Part shown: positions 21,601 through 35,780 of the stretch, in pieces
Numbering within the stretch: position 1 is the stretch's first letter
How the letters are laid out: every line of letters begins with the position of its first letter
Assembly (NCBI GenBank): GCA_036172245.1
Contig: JAYWIR010000001.1
Coordinates: forward strand, 5,208,001 to 5,272,000
Length of the DNA: 64,000 nt
Reading direction: 5' to 3'
Origin: Raillietiella orientalis
Taxonomy: Eukaryota
Notes under the pieces: generated by a model
Seen by the model: the letters and a program-made list of their open reading frames with translations, nothing else
Told to the model about the DNA's origin: nothing
The model's database searches: none
Translations under genes and position numbers: made by a program

Positions 21601-23199
21601 TCAAACTGCCGCGGAGAAGAAAGGTAGGCCGTGGGGAGAGAAGGCGTCGATGGGCCCGAGGATGAGAGCGGGAGACCGCGCGAGTGGGCGTCCCGAGTCT
21701 TCCCACGTGCTCGCGGAGTTGGGGGAAGGGGGGGAGGGGGGAGAAGTGACCGGCGCACCCCTGCCGGCTCCTCCGGGAGAGGCTCCCGGAGGGGTCTGTG
21801 CGCGTCTCCTCCTCGCGCCCAGTCGGGAGTCTCCGAGATCGATCGAAGATCGATGGCCGTGCTCTGCCGGCGGCAGTAAGAAGCAAAAGGACGCTCGAGT
21901 ACTCCTGCTAATTCGATCCCGCTCTCAGGCGCAATGATTGATTCTTTCTTGTACGCATCATCATCATCAACAGAGAAAAATGGAGAGCGTAAAGAGGGAA
22001 TTGCGATTCTCCGGTTCGAGACGCGCACACGCGCGCGCAAGAGGATTCAAAAAAGGGAAAAAAAAAGCGAGGGAAGGGGGGGGGGGGAGAGCCGAAGTCG
22101 CCAAATTGGACGGACGACTGCCGGAGAAGGGAGGCGCAGGCACAAAAAAGAGGAAGAGGAAGAGGAGAAGGAAGGAGAGAGAGGAAAGGAAGAAGAAGAA
22201 GAAGAAGAGGGAGAGAGGGGAAAGGGATGCAGACGCGCCAGGAAGATGCATCGCTCGGCGGCGGCGGCGGCGGCGGGAGCGCCGGAAACAGACGACGGTT
22301 CGGTGCGCCCACCGGGATGCGCGTTGCGCGCACGCGCCGCGTCCGCCCCGGCAGAAGGGAAGGAGGAGAGGGCCAGGAGGGGAGAGGCCGCCGCCTCCGG
22401 AGCGGCGCACGGGTGCGACCGGAGCCAAAAATGGAAATCCCGCCAGCGGTTCGGGTTTCGCGGGAGGAGCGGTGAAGATTCCCTCCCGGAGGAGGAGAGA
22501 GCGAGGGAGGAGAAGGTGGCGCCCGAGAGCCCCGGAGAGGGAGGAGCGCGGGAGACACCGCGCCCCCACCCTCTTCCACCTGGGCCGCCCGCCTGGACGC
22601 CTGGGTTGCTGCCGCCCTCGACGACGCTTCCTGATATGAAGGCGTGTCCGGGATCCATATTAAGGAGAGAGTACGCTGGGGATGGGGCTCGCCTGTCCCC
22701 CCCCCCCCCATCTGGCGGCGTATCCCCGAGCTCCCACCCCCTGACGCGATCCCGGGAACCTTCCGAGGGTGGCCAGATAGATCACCGCCGCTGAGGGAGA
22801 GGAGCAGGAGTGTGAACGGATGCCGTCGCCTCCGGAATACCCGGAGGGCGGACGTTTGAGCGGCGCGCTTGCGCTGTGGCGCGCGCGCGCTTTCGCTTTT
22901 AGCCCCGGCTGGCTCTGCTGGCTCCATAAATAATTGGATGCTGTTTACGACCGGTTTCTCCCGGTCTGGGGTCCCTGCGGGTTCCTCCTCCTCCCGACGC
23001 CCGGCGTTTACGATCGCGCCCCCGTGTGGATCGAGGGGATCTCCGGGAAGGACGAGCACTCCCATGACGACCCTCCCCTCTGCGGATCGCGGAGATGTCG
23101 GCAGGAACGATAACGAAGACGACGACGGAAGAAAGGGAGGAGGAGGCGCGCGCCCGTCTTCCTCCGTTGCTAGGCGACGCGGGACCGGAGAGGCGCGGG

Positions 23200-23700
23200 C
23201 GGCGGGTTGGATTCCGAGGGACGGCGATAAATCAGCACCAGACGGCAACCTCCGGTGCAAGGGCAGCGCCGCTGTTCCCGAGGATGAGGCGTCGCAGACC
23301 GGAGACTCCCAGGAGGGACGCGGCAAGGAGAACCCTCCGTCGTCGCAGCTCCCCCTCCGCTACTCCCCGTCGACCCTCCCCCTTCGAGGCATCCTCCCGC
23401 GAGATGGACCGCGGCGCCGCCAGAGGGGCACAGGAGGGAGGGGAGCAAGCGGCCCCGTGGAGGTCGCCGCGGGCGTTTTCCTGATTCCCCGCAAATCCAC
23501 CCCATCCCTTTCGCTGGAGTGTCTCACGAGCATGCGAAAGGGGGGGAGGGTTAAGGGAGGAGGAGGGGAAGGGAGAGAGAACGAGATGCTTGCCAGCCTT
23601 CTCGTGGTGGTCCACATAGAGTGCTCAGGAGTACTTGCAGCACTGAGCTCGATATCCCGAGAGTGTCTACCGGAGGAGTCGGTCCATGACCGAGTCGCGA
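23200..23700 (-). repeat. Family A unit fragment
   Basis: HHEKAGKHLVLSPF...TLQRKGW parallels AQDGHLHHLSPY...FLEAAGW (3.6 kb). Confidence 0.4.
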
Positions 23701-24519
23701 GGCGCTCGTCCGATTCAAACGTCTCGCTTCTTCTTCTTCCTTTTCTTCCTCCTCCTCCTCCTCCTTTCCTTCCCTTCCTCTTTTTCCCTTCCTCCTCTCT
23801 TCTTCCTCCTTCTTCTCCTTCTCCTCCATTCCTCTTCTTTCATTCCTCCTCCTCCTCTCTTCCTCCTCCCTCCATCTCCTCTGGTGCATCTTTACCGTCA
23901 CCATCAGCGCCGTGACCACTTCCATTGCACGACCGTCCATCATTGCACGGTCGCCGTCGCCATTATCGCTGCCATCATGGAGATCACCACCATCCGTTTC
24001 GCCTCTCCTTCTCACCCTCCGCATCTTGGCCTGCTGCAGTGCAGAGAGCGGCAGCAGGGATTGTCTTGGAAGGCACTCCCCTCTGAAGACCGTGCACGGC
24101 CAGCTCTTCGGTGATCAACAACGGTCGCTGCTTCTCCCTCCTCACCGCTCCCAGCCAGCCTCGTCCCATCCCTCCCGTCTGCCGTGGAAAGGGAGGGGGA
24201 GGAAGAAGAAGGAATTATTGTTTCGTCTCTCAGACCGAAAAAGCGCCTGCGGCAGAGGCGAGTGCGGTCTGGGATGGGTCGGGGCAACGCGAGGGAGCGG
24301 CGAAGAGGGCGAGGCGGCGGCGAATTGCGGGAAAGGATGACTGGCCGCTTGGATCGCGGAAGGGGCCCGTGGACACGTCCAGAGGAGGGGATGACTGCCA
24401 TCGCCTCCGGAGAGGGTCAGGGAGGAAGCGGGAAAACGTGAAGGAAAGGGAAAGAGCGCGGACGTTCTCCAGCTGCCGCTGCCTCCGCCGCCACCGCCGA
24501 TGGTTCCCGCGGTCGGCGC

Positions 24520-25900
24520 TAGAAGGCGTCAGCGAAGCGCGTGCTTCCCTTTCCAGGAGATGAAGGGAGGTGGCTCTCTTCCCTATGGAACCGTGGAGAA
24601 GAGGAGGTCCTGGAACTTAGCGGGCAGTTAGTGCCTATGCAGGAAGAGGCACGCGAAGCAGGGAGTCCTTGCAGTTCTCCTTGTGTGGTGGCAGCAGCCC
24701 CATCGAGCCGACCGACGGGGAGTAGGCACAGAGGACTAGGAAAGAGGCGGGCACACCAATCCCTGGCTTGTTTAGCCAAGCCCCCTCGGACCAGGACTAC
24801 TCTCCCATCCTGACCTGCGTGAGGTCGCGCTCTCCTCTTCCCACTTTTAGGGGGTCAGAGGAACTTACCTCCTCTTTTCCGAAACGGCTGTCTGCTTCGC
24901 CCTGCCTCCCGCACACTCACGAAGATATAGAATGTCCTTGCTGTTCGCAGGGACGCGGGGGGAGAGCGGCCTGCATCCAGGGGCTATGGATGAGTAGCAA
25001 ACTCTGTGATGGCACTGTTGCTGCTGATGAGAAAGAGGTGGAGGAGAAAGGAGGAAGAGGTGGAGGAAGGCAAGAGGAAGAAGGCTAACGAACAGGAGGG
25101 GAGCAGGGAAGGAACCTGAGGATGCAGAACGAAGGTGTTTAAGCTGGTCTCCCATCCACTTCCTCCCTGGAGGGACGGAGGCCGGAGGGGAGCTCATGAG
25201 GCAAGATGGGTACTGCGTGAAGTGCACCGGACTTCTCCTCCCGCTCGCTGCTGAAGTGCTGGGCTCGTCCTTGCTCCTCCCGCATTCACCCCACGTCTGG
25301 TTTGTTCCCTGCGCTTCCGCCGATTCCCTTCCGCCCCTTCCTTTCGATTCTCTTCTCTTGGAGTGTCTCGCAGGGAAGGAGTCGCGACCTCCGACTAGCT
25401 ACGGATGAGGTAGAGGAGGATTACTCGTGGCATCGCCCCACTCGGTCCGCGGACTCTCCGTAGGCGGGCCGAGGATCTTCCGGAAACGTTTCCCGTGGGG
25501 GCCCTGGAGTAGCGGGTGGTTGCAGCGGCGCGTCCGCCTGGATGGTCCTCCGCACGCCCTCACCCGATGCCACGTTCCTGCAGAACTTCTCTGGAGGGAG
25601 AGAAGGGGCGGGGAAGGTCCAGGACGCGCGTACCGCCTGAGGCCGGTGTCCACGGGAGCGCATTGGGCTCCCTGGCGCGGAAGCGGGGAGCAGCTGGGAT
25701 GCGCTGCAGGAACTGCCCTGCTGTGGAAGGCAAGCGGACTTTCAAGAGTGGGTAGGCGCGGGAGCGGGCAGCTGGCCGCGCCTCAGGAGCCGCGGGACTG
25801 CGCATACCTCTCCCTCCCGGCCGGGCTCGTCCACCCGTCGGAAAGGGGCGAGAAAGTGGGGCGGCGAGGGAAGAAGCGACTTCGCCTGCCACACCTCCGC
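24520..25900 (-). repeat. Family A unit
   Basis: Blocks in the same order: LLQGPHGKRFRK, PPGRKWMGD, PLDAG, CARLFPSP, GELQGLP. Confidence 0.6.
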
Positions 25901-26749
25901 TGAGAACCATGGTAACGAGGTTGCGCGCCCTTCTCTGTGTAGGGGGAAGCGGAAAGGGGCAGAGGTCCTGAGGATTCCCCACTCCCTCGTGCTTCCCGGC
26001 TGAGGCAGAGGCCTTTTCGGGAAGAACGTTTCCGGTCTCCCGAGTGCTTTCAGGCTGCTGTCTCGCCCTCCCTCCTCCCCATCTGCGCGGGCGGGGAGAA
26101 TCTCTGGGATTCCTTCTCTAGGGGACACCCCGAGGTGCGCGCGGCGGCGCCGCAGCGCGCGCGATCTCCCTTTCCCTTTGTTCCCTCTCCCTTCCCTTCC
26201 TCCCCTGGCCCCTCTTCCCCCTTTTTTTTTTATCGGCGCGCGTGCGTTCCCGCGCGCTTCCCCCTCTCAGCCGCCTTTCGGAGACCGCACGACCTCGGGC
26301 AACTCCCCCAGCTTCTCCCTCGCTTGACTTTTTCCTCCCTCCGCCCTTTCCACCCCCTTCCCCTGCCAGCCGCTCCCTTCCGCTCGCCTCCAGCTGCCCG
26401 CTCCGGGACCCCCGAACTCTCCCCCGCGCGCGAGCGCGCGCCCGCGGCGACAGGCATCGCGTGCCGCCGACTCGACTCCCCTTGCCAGCCCTCGACGGCC
26501 ACTTCAGCGCTCCCGGAGGTCGCCGCTTCCCCTCGTCTAGTCACGCCTGTCGTGCTCTGCGGGCCCGCTGGCGTGGCGATGACGGGTGCTTTGAGGGACT
26601 CTTGCGGCTCCATTCCCCTTTCCTGCGTCACCCACTCCCAACACCCCTACTTTTGAGAAACAGAAACATGGGAGAGGGGGTGAAACGAAAAGTAAGGGAG
26701 GATACGGAAGAGAACGAGGAGGAAGAGGGAGAAAGGAGAACTCCAGGAA

Positions 26750-27850
26750 TCTTCCTTTGAGCTCTTGGAGCGATGCTCCGGACTGCCGGGCACCACAGAG
26801 ACCATTACGTGAGTCCTTCCTGATAAGGAAAAGCAGCTCCAATTCCTGTATTTCGGGTCGCCTCTTCCTTGATCCCCTTTGCTTCTCGATGGCTACCGTC
26901 ATCTTCTTCTGAACTCCTGCTTTCTGGCTACCTCCTGTTCGGGGTTCGTGGAAAGTCCACCCGAAAATGGGGGGCCTTCGGGCCTCTCGAACCACTTGCT
27001 GGGTCTCCCGGCATCCCCGTAAGCACGAAGGGGGGAAGGAACACGTGATGCGGCTTCCTGATCCTCCTCCTGCTGGGATGGCCGTCGCCCCAGGTGTGTC
27101 CCTCAACCCCGCGATGGGACGGGAGCATCTGTTCCGCCGAGCGTCGTCAGCGGGCTGCAGCTGCAGCTTCCATCTCCGGCGGACCTCGCCAGCAGCCGCC
27201 CAAGAAGGCGCACGGGGCGCATCTTGTCGATGCCCCCCCCTTCCAAGGGGGAATTTTCTCGCTCCCGGCGGGCAAGCGGAGGGGGACTTCTCAGCCAACC
27301 CTTTCTCTCCTCTCGCCCTCCTGCGGCCCCGTCGGGAGTCATGACCGCCCTTCTCGCCGCAGGCGCCTCCCCCTCCTCGGCCGTCGCCGCGGGGATCCGC
27401 AAAGCATCCTCCGCCCCCCGACTCTGTTCCCGTCCCACCAAGGCCGGGGAAGCGAACCCACTGCTCGGGCCGGGCGCGCCGCCGTCCTGGGCAAGGAGCC
27501 CGACCCGATGCCGCTGAGCCCACCCGCGAGGAAGGGGTCGCGGGCATTCAGGTCACGCCCTGGAGCGTTTCTTTCTCAAGACAAGAGAGCAGACGCTCAA
27601 ACTGGTCCCGAGAAGACCAGGTCGAGACAGCTGGGGTGAGGGGCGAGGCTTTTCTCAAGACGGATCCGGATGGGTAAGTACGCGGGGGTGCCGCCTTCCT
27701 TGCAGGCGGCAGCAACTCCTTCCAGAGTGCCACTTGGGGGTGGGGAAGCTGCCCTGGGAGGCTTGGTGGCTCACCCGTCTCCCTCCCCAGCAGCTTGTCT
27801 CTCCCTTTCCCCCTCCGCGGGCAAGAAACGTCTCTCGCCTTCTTCCTTCT
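26750..27850. repeat. Two family A fragments: minus-strand ~26.75-27.2 kb and plus-strand 3' part ~27.5-27.85 kb
   Basis: RKDSRNGLCGARQS resembles GTRDDLTGVLERS (43.4 kb). GCGGGCATTCAGGTCACGCCCTGG and CACCCGTCTCCCTCCCCAGCAGCT resemble the 12.0-12.35 kb segment. Confidence 0.35.
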
Positions 27851-29849
27851 TTGGACTCGGGCGTCCCTCGGGAGGGCTTCGCCCCTTGCCGGAGTACTCT
27901 GGGGATGCAGGTCGGGCCCCCGATTACGGTGCCGCTCGGGCCCGGTCGACCGATCCGGCGCGCGAGGGGACCCTGCGCGTTCCCCCAGGACTCCTATCGG
28001 TCCGTCTGCGGTTTCCCCTCTCGCGCAGGCGCGCCGCTGGAGGCGTCGCGCGCGAGGGAGGGTGGAGGGGAAGGTACGCGGCCCTGGAGTCGCGGGAGGT
28101 CGCGCGCCCTGCGAACACGCGGGCGAAAGGAGGCACGGAGGAGGGAGGTCTCCATTGCCGGGGGCGACGGAGGGCGGGGGATTCCTCGGGTCCTGTCCGC
28201 GGTTCGCCTCCGGCTGGAGGAGGCAGCGACCCCCTGTGATTCCGCGTGCAGAAGCCCCGCGGACTGCGGGGGAGGGAGGAATCTGGGACATTCCAGAAAT
28301 AGCGGGTCCCGGGGCCTCCCGGAGAAAGAAAGCGCCGAAGGGTCGCGTCCCGTTAGCCGGAATCTCCGCGCCCGAGGGATGCCGCGAGCCCGCCCGAGCG
28401 CCACACAAAAGGAGTCGCGCGCTTGCGGGACGCCCCCGGGCGCGCTGCCAAGGAAAGCCCCAGGCTAGCGATCGGGCGGGAAACAGAGAGCTCGCACAAG
28501 AGAGAACCCCTTCTCCCTGCCCCTTCCCCACTTTTTTCCAGGTGGGAGTGGAGGTGGAGGAAGGGGACGTGCTCTAAGCCAGTAGGGAAAAGGAGGAACT
28601 CCCGGAGGAAGGAGGGAGCGAGAAGGCGAGGATTCCCCACCCTCGCCTCCCTTCGCCTGCTGATTGAGGATGGGGTCGAGCATTCTACTACCACCTTGGT
28701 GGCAGCGGCAGCTCCGCCGCTGCGCGTCGCCTCTTTCGCGAAGGATGGCGGCAGGTGCGCGTGCTCGGATGCCAAAAAGTCAGAGGAGGAAACAGAAAAG
28801 GCACGGTTCATGCCCAGCGGCGGGCAACCTCTTCGGCGCTACCGAGTCCCCTGCAATCGGAGACGACGACGACCAGTGGATGGGAGCTGGAAAATGAGGG
28901 TCCCTGAGACTCCTCCTCCATCTCCTGCCTGCGTCACCCCCATCTCTCTCTATTTAAAACTAGATAAGGATGTCCAGAATGAGATGAAGAAAGGGATGAG
29001 TCGAGGATGGCGACGATGAGATGAGGCTGACGAGGACGAGATGAGAATAAGCTGAGGATGAGTTGGTGCCGACGAGAAGATGGGGAAAGGGATGAGACGA
29101 GGACGAGAAAGAGATAAGAAATGATGAAAGATGACCGCTTCCTCAAGATGGAAATCGAAGAGCTCAGAGGCAACCCTTGGCCTTCCAGCGTGAAGGTTTG
29201 CGGGACGCGGTGGGTTCATCTTTGGACTCTGGTCTGCCGGAAAGAGGAGAGGAGGCGTCGGTGCACTGCTACGATAGGCTGCCAGTAAGTGGCAAAGGGA
29301 TTGGTCCATGTGGACAGATTGTCAAAGAGGAAAAAGAAGGACAATCGGGGACGAATCGAAAATCGGGGACGAGCACCTATGCGCGCTCCCGAAGGCGGAT
29401 TCTCCCGTAGCGTCCGGATTGCGTTCGGCGCGAACCGCGAAGAAAAGCATCGGCTGGCGCGGGAGCGCAGGACCGAGGTGAATCTGCGGACCGGAGGGGA
29501 AAAGTGGCGCTCCCCGAGAAGTGTTCCATGGAGGGGAGTGGCTGCTGCGGTTGGTCGGGTCTGGTTGTGGAAAGATGCCTGGGAACGCTGTGCAGCCGCA
29601 ACCGCGCAAGGGGACCGAAAGAAACGCCCTCAGGCATGCGGCCCGGTGGAGCCATCGCTCCAGCTGTAGGACGCAGAACGAGGCGGAGCGCTCGGAAGAA
29701 TCTGCCGAGTCGGCAGCCACCGTTGGGGGCAGTCCCGGGCGCTAGCAGCGTTCTCTCGGCAGCACTCGCACGGGTTACGGGAGGACACGACCGTGGCGCC
29801 AGTCGCTACGGCCACCATCTGAGTGCCTGACCCCAGGAGCGAGGTCACG

Positions 29850-31450
29850 AGCCGCTACCCGGCGCTTTCGCAGGACAGCGGCCTCGCGCATGCGACCCCC
29901 CTTCCAGGGAAGGAGGGAAGATGAGGAGCAAGAGCACGCAGCTTCCGAAGTGATTTCCCCCGGAGGGGCGAGTAGGTCGGACAGGAGGAAGAAACCACCC
30001 ATCGAACGCGCCGCCGCCTGGGATGATGGGGGAGGGACTGACTGCTGGGTTGCTCTGAAGGAGCCGTTGCTGGAACACAGCTAGAGGAGCACTGAGGGAC
30101 TTCCTCGGCACGGATGGCTCGGAAAGGAGCTCCGGATCAACGGCCCCGCAGTTGCGGAAGGGTCGAGGCGAGCGGTGGCTCGACCGTGCTGCTCCCCGGG
30201 AACAAGGCGGAAGGGACCTCCAAAGCGAGGGAGGAGGAAAGGAAAGAAACGAAGAAGAAGAAGGGGGGAAAGGCACCGCGAGGACCGGGTTCCAGGACGA
30301 GCAGAGCAGGGGAGCAAGCAAAGGCGGCGTTGGCAGCTATAAATAGAAAGAATTCGGCACGTGCGTCACGATGGGGAAATCCCTGGGACGCTGATGGCTG
30401 CGCGTCCTCTTCTTGAGCCCATAGGAGGTGGAGGAGGACTGCAGGTGCGAGGCGGAAGACGAATCCGCGTTCCCGAAAGAGAAGGAAAAGAGCAAAGGAA
30501 CGAAAAGAGGGAGGGGAATTAAGTGGACGGGCGGGAAAGGTTGGCGGGGAAGGAAGGAGGAGGAAGTGGAAAAGGGAGAACTCCGGCCACCGTAGCCGCG
30601 CGGAACGGAGCGCCACGCGCAAGGGATGGCGGCAGCTGCGAGGCTGCGCGTGATGGCCCGGTGGCCATCGCTGGCCAGAGAGACGACCCGCCCTCGCGGG
30701 CTTTCCGAGGTGGCCACCGAAAATGATGACGTTGGCGAAGACGAGAACAATGGCTGATGATGGTGATGACGGCAGCGACGACGTCGACAACGGGTGCGAG
30801 GTGGAGAAGGTGGAGGCAAGGATGATGATTCTGATGATAACGTTGAGGTGAACGCCGGCGTTGATGTCAGGGAGGAGGAAGGCGCGCTGGTCCTCCGTCC
30901 TGGGGTCCTCCAGAGGTCGGCCGAGGTGCCGTGCAAGGGGGAAGGGGGTGGAAAGTCGCCTCCTCGTCCCTGTCTCCTCACCATGGCGTCCTCAGCAGCT
31001 TCCCCGACACCGCCTCCTGAAAAAAATGGCCGGCAGGCAGGCTCTCGTGGGGGGGGGGGGCAGCCGTCCTCTGGCGGGCCCCAGGACGGAAAGACAGCGT
31101 CGCCAAGCAGGCGCGTGGACGGAGGAGACCCTCTTCCTGTTGGGGCTGCAGTCCGGCGGCGTCTTTTTCTCTGAGTCGCTGACGGCCTTCCCTTTCCTCT
31201 CCATTTCCAAGTCCACAGCGTGCACCCCCTCCACCCACTTCCTGTCCGGTAGGTCTTTCATGACGGGGCAGCTCGAACTCAGGAGTAGGAAGAGGAGAAG
31301 GCGGGGCGTTCTCTGTCGGTCCCAGAAGAGCGCCCTCGGGCGCAGCCGCGTGTCGTGGGAGGATGGGAGGAGGTGGCGATCTCTCTGCGTGCGCGCGCGC
31401 GCGTTGCGTTCCTCCCCCCTCGGACAAGAGCCATCCCAAGAGCAGGAGCC
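29850..31450 (-). repeat. Family A unit broken by simple repeats
   Basis: LPDRKWVEG block at ~31.23 kb. GAGGGACTTCCTCGGC...GGAAAGGAGCTCC at ~30.1 kb resembles GAGGTTCCCTCGGCCTGGAAAGAGGCTCC at ~3.33 kb. Confidence 0.4.
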
Positions 31451-32619
31451 GCCTGACTCCATCCTCTCCGGGCTCCGCCCATCTCAGAGGTGCGCCGCCG
31501 CCTTCTCCGCCATCGGGTCTGCCGTTCTCACCGCGACCGGGAGGACGGGCGGCAGCGGGTCAGCCAGCGAGGGCGTGCCAGAAGGAGGAGGCCCGCACTG
31601 CATCCCGGATCCCGATGCGGGGGAGAAGGGAGGAAGAAGCGTGAGAAATCCCGCTGGGCGGACCCCAAGCTAGCCGGCCTCGGGGCCACAGCTTTTCCTG
31701 GCTGCTGCTGGGTGCCGCAGGCCGTCTCTGGGACGCGGAGGGAAGACGCAGCTTCCTCTAGTCCCCGGTGCCCGCTCGCCCGGGGTATCGGGAAGCGGTG
31801 ATCCGCCCGCCACTTCTCCCTTGCCGTGGTAGGAAGAGCCGACATGCCTTCCTTGCTGTCCGGTCCGGCCGCCGCTGCTGCTGCCCTTCCCGGGCTCGCG
31901 TGCTCTCGGCCGCGGGCTGGACTCTGCTGCTCTCCCTTTCCTTTCTTTCTTTTTTTTAAAAAGAATGAAATAAAATAAAAAAGTATAAAAAAGCACATAA
32001 AACGGGCTTTTTTTCCCCCCTATTCTTCCGTGCCTCGGAAGAGAAGGACAAAACCCTCGATCCTCGTCGGGTAAGGACTCTCGGGCGAGAGGGGAGCATC
32101 CCTACCCGCCACCTCCCAGTCTTCCAACTTACGACGCCTCCGCTTTCCCTGGGCGACCTCCTCCGGGAAGCGACACTCTCCCGCGGAGGGAGGGAGAGGA
32201 TAGGGCGGGGCAGAGCTCTCTGGGGCCGAAAAGCCTGCAGCGTCGGCACGTGGATCGCATTCGGAACACGTTCGGCCCCGGGAAGTGTTGCAGATACACG
32301 AGGGAAATCGGGAGGGATGAGAACGAAAGAAGGGGAACAAGAGGAAAGGAGAGGAGGAAGAGGCAGGAGAGGATGAAGGGGAGGAGGAGGAGGGAGGGAG
32401 GAGGAAGAGGGGGAGGAGGAAGAAGAAGAAAACAAGAGAAGCAGAGAAGAAGGAAGATGAAGAAGGATGAGGTGGATGAAGGAAGAAGAACAAGAAAGAG
32501 TAGGAAGAAGAGGAGGAAAGAGGAAAGAATGCGAGGAAGAGGAAGAAGGGAAGACGAGGAGGAAGAAGGGACGAGAAAAGAGGGAAGAAGAGGCGACAAA
32601 CCCTGCTGTTGGCGGTGGT

Positions 32620-33600
32620 TGGTGTCCTCTCTCGAAGCCGTCCTCGCGGAAGGAGAGTGATCTCCTACCGCGAGACGGGACGTCCAGCTGCCGTGGCTGC
32701 TTGGTCCATGCGCTTCATTGCTCGCAGAATTTCTGAAACCCCCTTCATCCATTCGAAGCGAGAATTCCTGTGGGATGCTGCGAGCACAAGGTTGCCGGTG
32801 GGTTGCCTCCTTTCGCCACTTCGCCGCTGCTTCCTTGGAGAGTCTCAGGTGACTGGAGAAATCGGAAGACCTCGGAGGAATCCCGAGGATGTGGCTAGGA
32901 AGGAGATGATAGACCAGTGTGTTTCCTCGGGAGGAGTTTCGGGAGGAGCCGCAGGTCTGAGCTCACGGAAGGAGACGGCAGCAGCAGGAAGCGTGCGGAG
33001 CGAGGGCGTTCCCAAGTCTTCCGTGCAGGCTCCGGGGCCGAAGAGGGGAGCTCAGGGGAAAGGGGCGGGGTGCACTAAGGGCACGGCAGGCGGCCCTTCC
33101 CCTCCTCCCCTACTCTGAAGGCGAACGCGATGGAAGGTGAAGGAGTGGGAGCGCGCGCTCACAGAGGAATTGCTTCCTGCTTGCTCCTCCCTCCCCCCTT
33201 CTCTGCGCTCCCCAGTCCGTGCGCGCCGTTGGCGAGATGCGACGAAGGGAGGGCATCGCCCTCTTCCTCTCCTTTCGCTCTCTCTCTTCCCCGTCTCCTT
33301 GGAGACCGACGAGAGAGACTTTCCGCCCCTCCACCCATCCTTCTGTCACCGCAGGTCGGTACGCACGGGCGAACTCGCTCTGCGGGGGGCCCCAGCGCGC
33401 CATCTCGAGGAACGAGGAGGGAGGGAGGGGGGCTGAGCGTTCTCTCCCCTCTTCATCGTCTTCTTCCCCACTCCCCCCTTCCTCCACAGCCGCAGCCTCA
33501 GCCCGCGCAGGCGCGTGTGGCATGGCTCGTCAAGGGCTGCACTCGGGACGCGCTTTCGCAGCATCCGAGGCTGTCTGTGCCTCTCGGATGAAGGAGTTCC
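32620..33600 (-). repeat. Family A unit
   Basis: TEGWVEGRK block, and GGCAGCTGGACGTCCCG vs GGCAGCTCGCGTTGCCG / GGCAGCTGCAACGCCCC. Confidence 0.4.
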
Positions 33601-34559
33601 CTGCCGAGCCAAACGCCATGGAGAGCTTCCGAGAAAGGAAGAGGGGAGAGGAAGGGGGAAGAGGAGAAGGAGCTCTCAGGGAGGAGCGGGGGAGGGCAGG
33701 AGGAGGCGACCAGCATGATTTTTTTTCTTTTCCGAGATTCTTCCGAGAGACGCGAGAGGACGTGGGCCAATCGATTTCGGGGAGACTCTGCGATCCTCGG
33801 GATAATGAATTTATCCGGCGGGGCGAAAGGGGGAGGAGCTCCACTCGGGACCGCCGCCTCCATCCGGGTGGCACGGCCGATCGATGGGACCGGCGGCGGG
33901 GACCGGCGGCGTGACGTCAGCGCCGCGTTCTCCCTCTCCCGAGCGTCGCGCTCCCGGCGGCTCCCGGAGCAACGCGGGGAACGAGGGACGGGAAGACATC
34001 ACGGGGGCAGGGGGGCGAGGGAAGAAGGGGAGAGGGGAGGAAGCGGGGAAGAACGAGAGCTCACCGTCGTCCCTGCGCGGAGGAGCTCCGACGTTGGTGG
34101 GACCAGAGGCTGGAGAAGAGGCGGCAGCCCTGCTCCCCGCGCAGAATGGCCAGCGTTCACCCTCCCTCTGTCACCGCCACTCACTCACTACCTTCCCCCC
34201 CCCTCCTCTTCTTCCTACTTTCCTCCTCCTCCTCCTCCTCCCTATGTCTTCCCCTCCTCTTGCCTTCGTCTTTCTTTCTTCGTCCTCTTCTTGCTCCTCC
34301 TCCCTTGTCTTTTCTTTCTCATTTCTTCGTCCTCTTTTCCTCCTACTCTTCCTATTTCCTTCTTCCTCCTCCTCCTTTCCCTTCTCCTCCCTTTGTCTTC
34401 CCTTCCTCTTTCTTTAGTCATCTTTCCTTCGTTCTCTTTTCCTCTTCTTTCTCCTTTTGTCTTCCTCTTCCTTCGTCCACCTTATTCCTCCCTCCCCACC
34501 TTCTTGTGCTTTTCTTATGCTGTTCTTCTCTTAACCATCCCTCTCAGCGTCTGGAGCAG

Positions 34560-35780
34560 GTGAGTGTGCAAGCAGGGAGTCGCTTTCAGCAGGACGTCGG
34601 GAGCTGGGAAGGCGCGGCTCGCGGTCGGGTCGGCCGCACGTGCACTCTGCCGGTCTTCGTGGACTCAGCTGTGTAGTCCTGTGGATCTACGAGCCCGGGG
34701 AGAGAACTCGTTCATTCCGCCGATGGAGCTTTTCTCCCAGGAGGCGGTAAGGGAGACGAGAAGGAACGCATCCCTTCAGAAGGAGAGGAACGCCTCACTT
34801 GGCGAAGGAGGGGAGGAGCATCTGGAGTCCTCCCCTGCCCGCTGCGGTCGCCTGAACGTCCCGGCAGCAGTGCGCACGGGGATGCCGAGTGAGGGCTGCG
34901 GAAGAGGGGGATCCCTTGGGACTGGAGGAGCGTCCGGCGGGGCGTCGAGGCTTCTGGGAAAGCGCGGAAGAGGGACGAGAAGGAGATTGTGCTCTGTGAC
35001 CCTTTCACGCCGGCGGGCCCTGCGTCGGAGGAGGAGGGTTGGTGGCCCTCCCTCCCCCGGGAAGCGGAGGGAAGGTACCAGTGGAAGGGGTGGCTGGAGA
35101 AAGAAGGAAGGAAGGAGGACGATAGGTGGAGGACTCCGCTCCCGGAGACGGGATCTCCGAGGTCTTGCTGTCCCCGCATCCTCGGAGTGTATCCGAGGGA
35201 CAATCCCTGTCCGGGAAGTCGCCCACACGCCGGTAGCAAGAGGAGGAGACACAGAGACTTCGCGCTCTTCTGTCGCTCTTCTGGTTCTTACCGGCGCGTA
35301 GGTCTCTGAGGAGCAAGTGGAAGCGGACGCTGCCAATCCCTGCCTCCATTTTTCACCTCTTCCCCCTCCCTCAATGCCTCAACGAGAAAAGGTCGCCAGA
35401 GGTCGTCTGCAGGTGGCTCTAGGAGCTCAGCCTACCTCCTCCTGTGGTCTTTGGCAAGGATAAAGAGGGAAAAGGAGGAGCCCTGGCGGGTCTCGCACCT
35501 GCACTCCCGCTTCCGCCCCTCCCTCGCTTCCTTCCAAAAGGTCGCTCAGGAGTCCTCGGAAGCATCGCTTGGAAACCTGGAAGCGAGTCACGTGCGAAGG
35601 GGGGAAGCGAGGGTGTTGAGTGCAGCTGCCCCTCGAGCGGGCTACACGAGGAGGGGCAGGGTGGGAGCCATCCTGCCTCCGGGATAGCGGAAGCGAGGAG
35701 TTGGGGGTAACCCGATGACCTTTCGGGAAGGCACCCTTCCTTCCGGAGGGAGTATCTACGAAGGACCCCGAGGGGCTGGA
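34560..35780 (+). repeat. Family A unit (internally deleted?)
   Basis: QWKGWLEK block, and the 35.45-35.7 kb segment loosely resembles 11.7-11.95 kb. Confidence 0.3.

Noticed and set aside
21908-23915. Overlapping 350-470 aa ORFs on both strands
   Set aside because: Low-complexity and simple-repeat derived, with no recognisable domain.
30337-30346. CTATAAATAG (TATA/MEF2-like site)
   Set aside because: Isolated 10-mer with no downstream gene I can support.
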